Assembly (NCBI GenBank): GCA_035687365.1
Contig: DASRXU010000226.1
Coordinates: forward strand, 4,911 to 68,910
Source: Planctomycetaceae bacterium
GTDB taxonomy: Bacteria; Planctomycetota; Planctomycetia; Planctomycetales; Planctomycetaceae
Length of the DNA stretch: 64,000 bases
Direction of reading: 5' to 3'
Positions 12,130 through 22,700 of the stretch are shown in pieces. The number at the start of each line of letters is the position of its first letter. Positions within the stretch are counted from its first letter, which is position 1. The notes under the pieces were generated by a model. It was not told where the DNA came from, ran no database searches, and saw nothing but the letters and a program-made list of their open reading frames with translations. Both the position numbers and the translations under genes were made by a program.

Positions 12130-13161
12130 CTACTTCTCGAACGGGAACACGCGCTTCCAGTCGGTCTTCATGTGGATCACGAACCAGCCCTTCGCCTGGG
12201 CCTCGTCGTAGAGCGACTGCGGGAAGGTGCCGACCTTGCTGTTGGGCAAACCGTCGGCCGGTCCGTACGCGTATTCGCGCTCGGCGTCGTCGTGCAGCAC
12301 GAGCATCATCAGGCGAGCGCCGGCGCCCGCTCCCGTGTACTCCAACATCTGACGATCGCCCGAGGAGTTGCCGAATGCCGCGTGCGGGCGGCGACCGATC
12401 ACCAGGTGGATCGCTTCGGGCTTCCCGGCGTTGTTGTCATTAATCGCGAGCTTCGGCTCTTTAATGAGCACCGGCTCGCCGTTCTTGGCGTAGATGTATT
12501 TCGTCTCGCCGGCGCTCCCGATCACCTGTTCTGGCGGGATGCCGTACGTCTTTTCGGCGAACACGCGAACGAAGTCCTGGCCGCTTCCGGTCACGATGTA
12601 CGTCTTGAAGCCGTTGGCCCGAAAGTAACGCAACAGTTCGAGCATCGGCTGATACGCAAGTTCGGTATAGGGGCGTTTGAAGCGCGGATGACGGGCCGTT
12701 TCCAGCCAGTGCGCGACCTCGAGATCGAAGTCTTTGACCGACATCCCGGAAAGAGTGGCCTCGATAAGTTTGCCCAGTTCGTGCCAGCCCAGCTTGAATA
12801 TCGCTTCGTGATTCCCAGAGAGCGCTGTCTTGAACGGCTCGACATCCTTGAGGTGCGGTTTGTGTTTGACGAGGGCCTTCACGCGGTCGAGGCAGTAGAC
12901 CACCTGCGTGTACATCGGATGCTCGACCCACAAGGTGCCGTCCATGTCGAACGTGGCAATCCGCTGTTCGGGCGGGACGAACTTCGCGCTCCCCTTGTCG
13001 GTCGTCTCATGAACGAAAGCGACGATTGCGCTCTTCCTCGGTCCGTCGTTCCACGAGGGCAGCGGATCGCCCGGCGCCGGCTGCGCTAGCGCGGGGCGGA
13101 CCAGGGAGAGCAACGTGAAGATCGCGAGTGCGGCCAATACTCGTCCGAATCGAGTCAACAT
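12130..13161 (-). CDS. Secreted HAD-superfamily hydrolase (phosphatase-like)
   Basis: Signal peptide MLTRFGRVLAALAIFTLLSLVRPALA. HAD motif I FDMDGTLW, motif II-like IVTGSG, and distal GNSSGD. Confidence 0.8.
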   Translation of the reverse strand: MLTRFGRVLAALAIFTLLSLVRPALAQPAPGDPLPSWNDGPRKSAIVAFVHETTDKGSAKFVPPEQRIATFDMDGTLWVEHPMYTQVVYCLDRVKALVKHKPHLKDVEPFKTALSGNHEAIFKLGWHELGKLIEATLSGMSVKDFDLEVAHWLETARHPRFKRPYTELAYQPMLELLRYFRANGFKTYIVTGSGQDFVRVFAEKTYGIPPEQVIGSAGETKYIYAKNGEPVLIKEPKLAINDNNAGKPEAIHLVIGRRPHAAFGNSSGDRQMLEYTGAGAGARLMMLVLHDDAEREYAYGPADGLPNSKVGTFPQSLYDEAQAKGWFVIHMKTDWKRVFPFEK

Positions 13162-13199
13162 TCCTAGATTTCCCCAATCTCTGATCGTGTCGGGTCGCC

Positions 13200-14366
13200 C
13201 TACTGCGTGCTCTTCTCGCTCGGGTCAGCCGATCGCGCGCAGCGGAAACCAATGTGCGACATGCCCGTGTCGGGCGTGCAACCGTGCCGCGCGCTGGGCC
13301 GATAGCGGCTGCAGTAGGAGTCGTTGCAGAGGAAGGAGCCGCCCTTTTGAACTCGCAACGGACTGAAGGGCTGCCGCGGGTCGAAACTCTTTTCCGGTCC
13401 TTGCGGATTGAGAGTGACCTTTTGCGTGGCTCGCTGACGGTAAAGGTCGACCTGATACCAGTCGCCGCACCACTGCCAGACATTGCCCGACATGTCGTAG
13501 AGGCCGTAACCGTTGGGGGGAAATGCTCGAACCGGGCTGGGGCCGACGTATCCATCTTTGCCCGTGTTCTTGGTCGGAAAATCGCCCTGCCAGATATTGG
13601 CGTGGATGATGTTGGTGTCGCTGGGCGTGTCGTCACCCCACACGTAAGGCTTGTTGTCGAGGCCGCCGCGGGCGGCGAATTCCCACTCGGCCTCGGTCGG
13701 CAATCGCTTGCCGGCCCACGTCGCGTAGGCAACGGCGTCATCCCACGAGACATGCACGACCGGATGATTTTCCCGGCCATCGATGCTGCTTGCAGGACCT
13801 TCCGGGTGCCGCCAGTTTGCACCCGACGTCCACGTCCACCATTGCGAAAAGTCCCGCAGATCCTTGGGCGGTTTTGCCGTCGGATGAAACACGAGCGAAC
13901 CCGGCACCAGTTTCTCCGGAGGCGGCGGCGGAGTGCCAGGCGGGCTCTGGCGAAGGATCTCGGCGACGTCGACGGGCTTCTCGGCCGTCGTGACGTAGTT
14001 CGTGGCCTCGACGAACGCGCGGAATTGCGCGTTGGTGACATCGGTTTCGTCGATCCAGAAGGGGGCGACGCGCACGCGGTGGGCGGGTTTTTCTTCGGCC
14101 CAGCCGATTTCCGAATCAGTCCCCATGGTGAATTCGCCACCGGGAATCCAGACCATCCCTGATGACGCCGACGTAGCCGGCTTGGCTGACGACGAATTGG
14201 AGGGCGGTGACTTACCAAAAAATCGAGGCGCGAAGCTGAAGAGGAAGAACGAGACGACAAACGCAGCGATGCCCAGAGCGACAACGCGCCCGATTCGCCG
14301 CGCGGGCAGCGCGCCAACGCTGGGCTTTGGTTTGTCGGTCATTTTGGTTTGGGCTTTGGGATTCAT
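13200..14366 (-). CDS. Formylglycine-generating enzyme family protein (SUMF1-type), N-terminally membrane anchored
   Basis: [103 protein letters not shown] (active-site Cys pair). TM segment [20 protein letters not shown]. Start at MNPKAQ (14364-14366) preferred; 14414 is possible. Confidence 0.9.
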   Translation of the reverse strand: MNPKAQTKMTDKPKPSVGALPARRIGRVVALGIAAFVVSFFLFSFAPRFFGKSPPSNSSSAKPATSASSGMVWIPGGEFTMGTDSEIGWAEEKPAHRVRVAPFWIDETDVTNAQFRAFVEATNYVTTAEKPVDVAEILRQSPPGTPPPPPEKLVPGSLVFHPTAKPPKDLRDFSQWWTWTSGANWRHPEGPASSIDGRENHPVVHVSWDDAVAYATWAGKRLPTEAEWEFAARGGLDNKPYVWGDDTPSDTNIIHANIWQGDFPTKNTGKDGYVGPSPVRAFPPNGYGLYDMSGNVWQWCGDWYQVDLYRQRATQKVTLNPQGPEKSFDPRQPFSPLRVQKGGSFLCNDSYCSRYRPSARHGCTPDTGMSHIGFRCARSADPSEKSTQ

Positions 14367-14459
14367 CGCGAATGTCTGATTCCAGTGCGAGGCACTGCTG
14401 AGCAAACTCAGCAATCTTGTGACTGGTGAGCAAGCTCAGCAGTGGCACACGGAGGCGCT

Positions 14460-14495
14460 GCAGTCATCAAGGGTTCAGCAGTCATCAAGGGTTCA
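14460..14495. repeat. Exact 18-bp tandem duplication (2 copies) beginning at the stop codon of 14493-14861
   Basis: gcagtcatcaagggttca occurs at 14460-14477 and again at 14478-14495. On the minus strand each copy begins with TGA. Confidence 0.95.
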
Positions 14496-14861
14496 GGTCG
14501 TTGTCTCGCTCGCAATCCATTGCCGGGCCTCTTCGATTTGGGCGATGTCGAAGTACCGGATCTTGGCCTTCGTGAAGGGCTTGCAGAAGGTGGCCATGCC
14601 CTGCTCCCACTTCTTCTCTCCGACCACGGCCAGGCGCTCGATGTCCTTCCAATGCTTGAGATCGAACTTGAGATCCTCCCACATGGCGCCCGCGGTCCAC
14701 CCGTGAAAATCCTGCATCACAAACAAGATGTGCAGCTTCCCGTACTGTTTGATCTGCGCGTCGACCGCCGGCACAAGGCGTTCATAGGATTCCTTGGTCA
14801 ATTTTCCGGTGACGTGAACCTCCAAAGCCCGTCCGACTGCGATCGTTTCGAGACTATCCAC
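14493..14861 (-). CDS. STAS/SEC14-like (SpoIIAA-like, DUF3478-type) domain protein
   Basis: 122 aa. MDSLETIAVGRALEVHVTGKLTKESYERLVPAVDAQIKQYGKLHILFVMQDFHGWT...ERLAVVGEKKWEQ matches the SpoIIAA-like STAS pattern. Confidence 0.65.
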   Translation of the reverse strand: MDSLETIAVGRALEVHVTGKLTKESYERLVPAVDAQIKQYGKLHILFVMQDFHGWTAGAMWEDLKFDLKHWKDIERLAVVGEKKWEQGMATFCKPFTKAKIRYFDIAQIEEARQWIASETTT

Positions 14862-15386
14862 GAGTTGACTCCTTCAATGAGGCGATCCCAATCCCAAATG
14901 CCATGAAACTCTCAAACGTAAACGCTCGCACAGGGGTTGGCGGCCTGCGCTCGGCGCCCCGTTACGACGCTGAAACGAGCGCAACGGAATCCCGGCTACT
15001 GAAGCGAGAAGACTCGCATGGCACTATCGGTAATCTTTCGAGCGGCGAGCGGCCACTGCGAAAAGTACCAGTACCTTCAGGGGAAAACCGACAGTAGACT
15101 AAGGACCACGCCTTGCTTGAGGCCGCGAACCGGTGCCTTCGAGCCGCGAATGAACGAATTTCCACTGCGGCGGACGAAAGAGGAAAGAAATTCCATCCGA
15201 TGTCGTCGTCCGCGAGTCTTTCCCGGACGTGCCCGCGCACTTCGGTGAGAGGTGATGGCGCAGAGAATGCGCCGCCAGCATACCCAGGCGTGCGAATCGA
15301 TTCAAGACGCTCAATCGAGAGACTAACTGGCGAAATCTTGCGATCCAGCCGCGGTTCGCACGCCTTTCTTTCAACAGTGACACATC

Positions 15387-17630
15387 ATGCGAATCGTCCT
15401 CAGGGCCCTGCCCTTCCTTTCCGCGCTGGCGCTGGTCGTCGGCGTGTCGGTCCCCGCCCGCGCCGATGGCCGCCGGTTGGTTGTCCTGCTGTACCCGCAG
15501 GGGAGCAATGCGGCCGTCGGAAACCGCCTGATGGAGCAAGGAATTCGATCGGTCTTCGAGAACAGTTCGGCTGACACGATCGACGTCTACAACGAGTACC
15601 TCGAACTGTCCGCGCCCGCGAAAAGCGGGTTGCTGCAGCTGCAAGCTGAGTTTTTGCGGCGAAAATACTCCGGCCGCAAAGTCGACCTCGTGGTCGCCTG
15701 GCTTTCGCCTTCGCTCGATTTTGCCCTCGAGCATCGGCAGGAAATCTTTCCGGGCGTGCCGATCGTGTATAGCACCGTTGAAGAACGGGAACTCAAGGCG
15801 CGCAAGCTGCCGCCCGATGTAATTGGCGCTCCGATCAATCTGGACATGACAGGGACATTGGACGTGGCCTTACGGCTGCATCCGCAGACGCAACACGTCT
15901 TCGTCGTCGCCGGCACCGCGAAGTTCGATGAGTATTGGGTGGCCGAGGCGCGGAAAGCGTTTCGCCCCTATGAGCAGGAACGTGATTTCGTCTATTTGAC
16001 CGGGCTCACCATGGAAGACCTCCTGAACAAGGTGGCCCATCTCCCCGAGCGGAGCATCGCTTATTACCTCTACGTCTTTCGGGACGGCTCCGGAAAGGAC
16101 CTTGTTCCTGCCGACGTGGTCGAGCGTTTGGCGAAAGTGTCGAACGCTCCCATCTACGGCTACGGCGAGTCGTACATCGGCCGCGGGCTCGTGGGTGGCC
16201 ATGTCGTCAGCCTCGAGAACGAAGCGAAAACTGCCGGTGCCCTGGCGCTCCGCATTCTGGCGGGAGAAACGCCGCAACAGATCGGCCCGCAGCCCGCCAG
16301 CGAGACAGTTTACATCTTCGATGCGCGGCAACTGGCGCGCTGGGGCATTCCTGAGGCGCGTCTGCCGGCGGGCAGCGTCGTCCGCTTCAAGGAGCTGAGC
16401 CTGTGGGGTCTGTACAAGTGGCCCATCATCGGCGTGATCTCGCTCTGCGGCCTCGAAGCGTTGCTGATCGCGACCCTGCTCGTGTTACTGGCTAATCGCA
16501 AGCGGGCCAACATCGCGCTCCGCGAGAGTGAAGAACGTTTTCGCCTGATGGCCGACACGGCTCCCGTGATGATCTGGATGTCGGGAACGGACAAGGCTTG
16601 CACCTACTTCAATAAACCTTGGCTCGACTTCACGGGCCGCGCGTTGCCGCTGTCATTGGGGGATGGTTGGGCGGCAGACGTCCATCCTGAAGATCTCAAG
16701 TCATGCTTGGAGGCCTACAGTCAGGCTTTCGACGACCGCGAGTCATTCCGCATGCAGTATCGTTTGCGGCGACACGACGGAGAGTATCGCTGGATCGTCG
16801 ACATTGGCGTGCCTCGCATCGATTCCGACGGCAAGTTCGAGGGTTACATCGGCTCCTGTATCGACATTACCGACCAAAAGCGGGTCGAGGAGACGATGCG
16901 GGACAATCAGCGCGAATTGCGGATGTTGAGCGGCAGGCTGATCCAGGCTCAAGAAATGGAACGCCGGCGCATCGCCCGAGAGCTGCACGACGACCTCAGC
17001 CAAAGCCTGGCGCTGCTCTCGGTGAAAATCGATATGCTCCGCCAGAAATCGACCGCCGCGTCCGGCCAATCGAACGGATCGATCGACGAGTTGTCGACCC
17101 ACGTCAAGCAGCTCTCGACGTCCGTCCACAACATCTCGCATCAACTGCACCCGCTCAAGCTCGAGCAATTGGGACTGGTGGCGGCCATTCGAGCCCTCTG
17201 TTGGGAACTGAGCCGCAGCCACGGGGTCTCGATCGATTTCGCTCACGGTGTGGCTCCGCAACCCATCTCCGACGAAGCGGCTTCCTGCCTTTATCGGATC
17301 GTGCAAGAGTCGGCGCGGAATGTGATCAAACACAGTGGGGCCCGGCGGGCAAAGGTCGAGCTTGAGGCGAGCATCGAAGCCATTTGCCTACGGATTGCCG
17401 ATGATGGAACGGGTTTCGACCCTCGCTTGGTCGTTGGAACCGGCGGACTCGGCCTCGTCAGCATGCGAGAGCGGCTGCAACTCGTCGGGGGCACGTTGAC
17501 GATCGATTCGCGGCCTTCAGGTGGGACGCGAATTGATGCTCGAATTCCCCTGACCGCCGCACGGACCGAGGCGACTCGCCCGCCGACGATCTCGGACGGC
17601 ACGTTGCAGGCGGTGCAGTCGCGGCTATGA
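15387..17630 (+). CDS. Sensor histidine kinase (NarL/HisKA_3 type): periplasmic ABC-substrate-binding-like sensor, TM, PAS, HisKA_3, HATPase
   Basis: 747 aa. Signal/TM start, TM WPIIGVISLCGLEALLIATLLVLL, PAS (EERFRLMADTAPVMIWMSG...YRWIVD), H-box ARELHDDLSQSLA, and ATPase motifs NVIKHSGA, DDGTGFD, GLGLVSMRERL. Confidence 0.9.
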   Translation: MRIVLRALPFLSALALVVGVSVPARADGRRLVVLLYPQGSNAAVGNRLMEQGIRSVFENSSADTIDVYNEYLELSAPAKSGLLQLQAEFLRRKYSGRKVDLVVAWLSPSLDFALEHRQEIFPGVPIVYSTVEERELKARKLPPDVIGAPINLDMTGTLDVALRLHPQTQHVFVVAGTAKFDEYWVAEARKAFRPYEQERDFVYLTGLTMEDLLNKVAHLPERSIAYYLYVFRDGSGKDLVPADVVERLAKVSNAPIYGYGESYIGRGLVGGHVVSLENEAKTAGALALRILAGETPQQIGPQPASETVYIFDARQLARWGIPEARLPAGSVVRFKELSLWGLYKWPIIGVISLCGLEALLIATLLVLLANRKRANIALRESEERFRLMADTAPVMIWMSGTDKACTYFNKPWLDFTGRALPLSLGDGWAADVHPEDLKSCLEAYSQAFDDRESFRMQYRLRRHDGEYRWIVDIGVPRIDSDGKFEGYIGSCIDITDQKRVEETMRDNQRELRMLSGRLIQAQEMERRRIARELHDDLSQSLALLSVKIDMLRQKSTAASGQSNGSIDELSTHVKQLSTSVHNISHQLHPLKLEQLGLVAAIRALCWELSRSHGVSIDFAHGVAPQPISDEAASCLYRIVQESARNVIKHSGARRAKVELEASIEAICLRIADDGTGFDPRLVVGTGGLGLVSMRERLQLVGGTLTIDSRPSGGTRIDARIPLTAARTEATRPPTISDGTLQAVQSRL

Positions 17631-17660
17631 TCGAAGTACGGCTCACTGAACTCTGGAAAA

Positions 17661-18302
17661 ATGGCGATGAGGCGTCCTCGCGTCCTGTTGGCTGACGATC
17701 ACCGACTTCTGCGAGAAGCCTTCGCAGAGTTGTTGAAGGCGGAATGTGACGTCGTCGGGACTGCCGCAGACGGCCGCGCGTTGCTCGAGATCGCGCCCGA
17801 CCTTCGTCCCGATATCGTGGTGCTCGACATCGCAATGCCCCTGCTTAATGGCTTGGACGCCGCCCGCCAACTCAAGCAAACCATGCCGGATGTGAAGGTG
17901 GTGTTCCTCACGGTGAGCGAGGATCCCGATCTCGCCGCCGAGGCCTTTCGGGTGGGCGCCTCGGGCTATCTGCTCAAAAACTCGGCCGCTTCGGAGTTGC
18001 TGCAAGCAATCCGCGAGGTCTTTGAGGGACGGTCCTACGTTACGCCCCTGGCGACTCGAGGTTTGGTCGATCGCTTACAAAATCCCGCGCCTGCGCAGGC
18101 GAATTCCGATCTCAGTCCGCGGCAACGCGAAGTGCTGCAGCTGCTGGCGGAAGGGCACACGATGAAAGAGATTGCCCGCCAATTGAAGATCAGTCCCCGG
18201 ACTGTGGCCTTCCACAAATACACGATGATGGAAACGCTCGGGATCAAATCGAGCGCCTTGCTGGTGCAATTTGCACTCAAACAGGGCGTGGTGTCGGCCT
18301 AG
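17661..18302 (+). CDS. Response regulator, NarL/LuxR family (REC + HTH)
   Basis: RVLLADDH...DIVVLDIAMPLLNG...KVVFLT, plus C-terminal LSPRQREVLQLLAEGHTMKEIARQLKISPRTVAFHK. Confidence 0.9.
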   Translation: MAMRRPRVLLADDHRLLREAFAELLKAECDVVGTAADGRALLEIAPDLRPDIVVLDIAMPLLNGLDAARQLKQTMPDVKVVFLTVSEDPDLAAEAFRVGASGYLLKNSAASELLQAIREVFEGRSYVTPLATRGLVDRLQNPAPAQANSDLSPRQREVLQLLAEGHTMKEIARQLKISPRTVAFHKYTMMETLGIKSSALLVQFALKQGVVSA

Positions 18303-18455
18303 CCCTGCATACTGGCTAATCGCTGATCAGCCTGTCAGTTTTGCCAGTAGCGTGTCCGACAACGCCGTGTTAGCGTTTCGTGAAGTGCCAGACGCGCGAC
18401 GTATCCGGCCGCGGGGCACTGGTCCGACCGCGGGGCACTGAGCCGGCGGGGTTTC

Positions 18456-18914
18456 ATGGCTGGACTCCCTTCAACAAGTCTCGATGGCCAGGAGACAGCG
18501 CGCGCTCGCGTGCTGCTGGCCGACGACCACCGGGACTTTCTCGTAGCGACCACTCGACTCTTGGAGCCGGAGTTTGATGTCGTCGAAACTGTCGACAATG
18601 GCCGTGCCCTCGTCGAGGGCGCTCCGCGTCTCGATCCTGACCTGTTGGTCGTCGATATCGCAATGCCGATCCTGAACGGCATTGAGGCGGCCCGGCAGCT
18701 CACCGCCTCGGGCACGCGGGCTAAGATCGTGTTTCTCACCGTGCACGACGATGAGGATTACGTTCGCGCCGCGCAGGCGGCCGGCGCGCTCGGATACGTA
18801 ATCAAGTCACGGCTGGCGTCCGACCTGGCGCCGGCGCTTCGAGAAGCGCTCGAAGGGCGGACCTTCGTGTCACCCTCCATTGAACAGCCGTCAGATCAGA
18901 ACCCGAATCCGTAG
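18456..18914 (+). CDS. Single-domain response regulator (REC only)
   Basis: ARVLLADDHRDFL...DLLVVDIAMPILNGIEAARQL...KIVFLTVHDDEDYV...GALGYVIKS. No output domain. Confidence 0.8.
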   Translation: MAGLPSTSLDGQETARARVLLADDHRDFLVATTRLLEPEFDVVETVDNGRALVEGAPRLDPDLLVVDIAMPILNGIEAARQLTASGTRAKIVFLTVHDDEDYVRAAQAAGALGYVIKSRLASDLAPALREALEGRTFVSPSIEQPSDQNPNP

Positions 18915-19264
18915 GGATAGATCGGGCCCCAGCCCCAACCGGGGAATCCGAAGTAACGTGAGCCGGCATAGCCCGCGTAGCCGTAGTATCCGACCGCGTA
19001 GGGAGCCGGAACGGCGTAGGCAACAACCGGTGGGTACGGATAGTAGCCCAGGGCATAGGGTGCCGCGACGGTTGTCGCGGCGTAGGCGGCCGGGGCGTAA
19101 GAGGTGGCGTACGGATAGTAGCCGATCGGATACGGGTCGATCGCGCCGTAGTACCGCGTCCCGTACTGAGTGTAGCTGGGCGTGGCCGGAGGGCAGCAAT
19201 TGGGATCGGCCGGTTGAGCTGCATGGGTCGTCGCGGCAACCACCGCGAAACACGTGAGCGCCAT
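18896..19264 (-). CDS. Small secreted Tyr/Pro/Ala/Gly-rich low-complexity protein
   Basis: Start chosen at MALTCFAVVAATTHAAQP (ATG 19262-19264) within the 215-aa ORF. Mature part: CCPPATPSYTQYGTRYYGAIDPYPIGYYPYATSY...GYYGYAGYAGSRYFGFPGWGWGPIYPYGFGF. Its 3' end overlaps the convergent REC gene by 19 nt. Confidence 0.45.
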   Translation of the reverse strand: MALTCFAVVAATTHAAQPADPNCCPPATPSYTQYGTRYYGAIDPYPIGYYPYATSYAPAAYAATTVAAPYALGYYPYPPVVAYAVPAPYAVGYYGYAGYAGSRYFGFPGWGWGPIYPYGFGF

Positions 19265-19768
19265 CGCTAACTGTGTCAGATTCTTAACTGTCTTGCGGCT
19301 GCCGACGGCGCAATTCCGGGAAACGGATTTCAAGGGAAAACCTCGCGCGAGACGAACTGTTGAACAAGTTGCAGGCTCTAAGCCCCACCTGTTCCCTTCT
19401 AGCGTGGCCAAAGAGGGGCGGTCAACAAAATTCTGGCCCCGACCGAGCGATCGGGGGCCGTTCCCGCGAGGAGCGAAAGGGGTTCGATGCCACTTCCTCT
19501 CAAAAGCGTTAACAACGCTCCTAGGAGTCTCCGGGCCAAGCAAGTCGAAAAATGCGCCGATGGTTCCGGGTTGACCGACTCGGCTATACTGTCGAGCGAA
19601 GGCCGAAAATCGTCCGTGACCGCGTCTGGGACATCAGGTCCCGGCGCGCGGTCCTTTCTGAACGTGCGGGGCCGAATCGCGCTGAACGTTTCGCCGGGCT
19701 CGCACTGTCCTTTCCTCTGAGAGCCGACACCGCTTCTGCACCGTCAGGAGCCGATCGCGTCCAATCGG

Positions 19769-22700
19769 ATGGGAAATTCCACACCCCCCGAGCCCCAAGA
19801 CTCATTCATTCTGGATTCAGGGGCCACGCCGCCGGATCCCGCCGCCCGCTCGTCGGCAAGCGATCAGGATGCGCTACTGACATTCATCGCGGGCTCGGAA
19901 ATCCCCGTAACGAGTGTGCCTGCGGCCGTCCCTCCCGCTTTCGGACGGTACACGGTGCAGCGGGCCCTCGGCGCGGGGAGTTTCGGGACAGTGTATCTCG
20001 GTCACGACGCGCAGCTCGACCGCCCGGTCGCCATCAAAGTGCTGCGCAGCGGCCCGAACGTCCCGCGCGAAGAAGCCGATCGCCTGATGCAGGAGGCCCG
20101 GAAGCTCGCCCGACTGCACCACCCGGGCATCGTGACGGTTCACGATGTCGGGACGCAAGACGGTCAAGTCTTCATCGTCTCGAATTATCTCGACGGGCAG
20201 AACCTTGCTGATCGGCTGAAGCAGAACCCGCCGAACTGGCCGGAGGCCGCTCGAATTGCCGCGTGCGTCGCCGAAGCGCTGGCTCACGCGCATGCCCATT
20301 TCACGATTCACCGTGACGTCAAACCGGCCAACATTATCATGACATCGGCTGGCCAGCCCGTGCTGGTCGATTTCGGACTGGCGTTGGATGACTCGTCGGC
20401 CGGCGGTCGCGAGTTGGGAATCGTCTCGGGAACGCCGTCCTACATGGCGCCCGAGCAAGTCGCCGGTGCGGCCCACCGCATCGACGGGCGAACCGACGTC
20501 TACAGTCTGGGCGTAGTGCTCTACCAGATGCTTTGCGGGCGCGTTCCCTTCCGTGCCAGCACGACGCGTGAACTTCTGCGCCAGGTCCGCGACGACGAGC
20601 CGCAACCGCTCCGCCAGGTCGTTCTCAACCTTCCACCCGAGTTGGAACGCATCTGCTTCAAGGCTCTCGCGAAAAAGATCCAAGATCGCTACGGCACCGC
20701 GTCAGATTTCGCCGAAGACTTGCGGCGGGCGATCCAAGCGGCTTCCGACTCGACTGGGTCTTCCTTCGTTCGGCACTCGATCGTGCTCGAGCCCGACGCT
20801 CCGGCATCCAGTTCAATGTCGACGGGCTCGGTTCCCTCGGGGGCCACCGTGTCGGGTTTGTCCTCGGCCGCCCATTCACTTGCAAACGCTCCACCGCTCG
20901 CCTCATCGCGGTCGTCCTCGATACAGTCTTCCGCGAACTTCTCCTCGTCGCGCCGTCGCATTCGTGAGGCCGAGCGTCGCCAGGTGACCGTGCTGATCTG
21001 TGGCACCGACTTGTTCGAATCCGAGGCGTATCTGGAGAATCTAGAAGCGGAGGACCAGGCGAAGGTGCTGGGCGCCTTTCAGCAAGCCTGCACGGCCGCC
21101 GTGCGCCCGTTCGATGGAACTGTGGTGCAGTGCAACGAGCAAGGGCTATTGGCGTGTTTCGGCTTTCCGGTCGCGTACGAGGACAGCGCTCGCCGAGCCG
21201 CGCGAGCCGGTCTCAATCTCCTGACCGCAATGGACGAATTGGGCAAGGATTTCCAACACAAGCACCAGCTCGAACTAAGTCCGTGGGTCGGACTTCACAC
21301 CGGGCCGGCGTTGGTCGAAGAAAAAGAAGACGCCTTTTCGCTCGTAGGTGAGGCGCGGAATGTTGCACTCAAACTTGCCGAGAGTGCCGAGCCGGGACAG
21401 CTGATTTGCACCGAGGCCACGCATCGCCTGATCTGGTTCCGTTTTCAATGCGCGAGTCTCGGTCGCCGCAAGATCAAAGGCGTGCCGGAACCGGTCGAAC
21501 TATTCGAAGTGCAGGGCCTAAGTCTCAACCGAACTTCGTTGGATGCGGCCGGTCCGACGGGCCTCACGCCGTTGACCGGTCGCGATCATGAGACCGCCTT
21601 GCTCCAGGATCGCTGGGATCAGGCGAAGGAAGGGATGGGCCAAGTCGTGCTGCTCCCCGGCGAAGCCGGCGTGGGGAAGTCACGCCTGGTCTACACGCTG
21701 GAGCAGTATGTCGAGTCGCAGAGTGCCGAAGGCGAATCGCCGGCCGGGTCGGTTGCTGCCGCCGAGGCCGAAGCGACGCCAGGGGCGACCGTGATCAAAT
21801 GGCGGTGCTCGCCTCACTTTCAGAACACGGGACTCTATCCGGCGATCGAGTTTTTCAAGCAAGCGTTGGCGCTGCGTCCCGACGAGGCACCCAGCGCGCA
21901 GCTCGATCGATTGATCGACTATCTCCGTCAGCACGATCTCGCTCGACCCGACACCGTCCCGTTGTTTGCTTCACTGCTCTCGCTGCCCGCCGACGAGCGG
22001 TTTCCCCCGTTGGGACTGTCGCCCGTGCGAGAGCGGGAGGAAATGTTTCAAGCCCTGGCCGATTGGCTGAGCGCAGCGGCGAGCCGGCAGCCGGTGCTGT
22101 TCGTCATCGAAGATCTGCATTGGGTCGACGCTTCGACCAAAGAGTTTCTCACCAAGTTTTTGGCCGAAGGATTGCACGAGCGAATTCTGGCTCTGCTCAC
22201 CTTCCGTCCCGAGTTTCAGCCCCCGTGGCCGTCGGTCGGTTCGCAGCATACAACGCTGACCTTGAACCGTCTCAATCGCCGCCAGGTGGCCGAGTTCATG
22301 GCGAAGAAATTAAAGAGCGCGGCGCCGGAGAAGCTGGTCGACCAGATTTACGATCGAACCGGCGGCGTGCCCCTCTTCGTGGAAGAATTCACGAAGATGG
22401 TGCAGGAGTCGGGCGCGTTGAAAGGGACCAAAGCCGGGGGGACACCGATTGCCGCTCTGCCTGCGCACGAGATCCCTTCGACGCTGCAAGATCTGATCAT
22501 GGCGCGCCTCGATCGGCTCGAGGGCGATCGCGAGATCGCCCAGCTGGCCGCGACAATCGGTCGCGAATTCAGCTACGAACTGCTGGCCGCTGTCGTGACT
22601 CTCGACGAGCCGACCCTTCAGGCGGAACTGACGAAGCTGGTGCAGGCGGAAATTCTGTTTCAGAAGGGACGTCTGCCGAAGTGCAGTTACGCGTTCAAGC

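Noticed and set aside
13007-14317. 436-aa minus-strand ORF
   Set aside because: It is an alternate frame of the FGE and HAD genes. The product is an Arg/Pro/Ser-rich string, whereas the called frames carry unambiguous FGE and HAD motifs.
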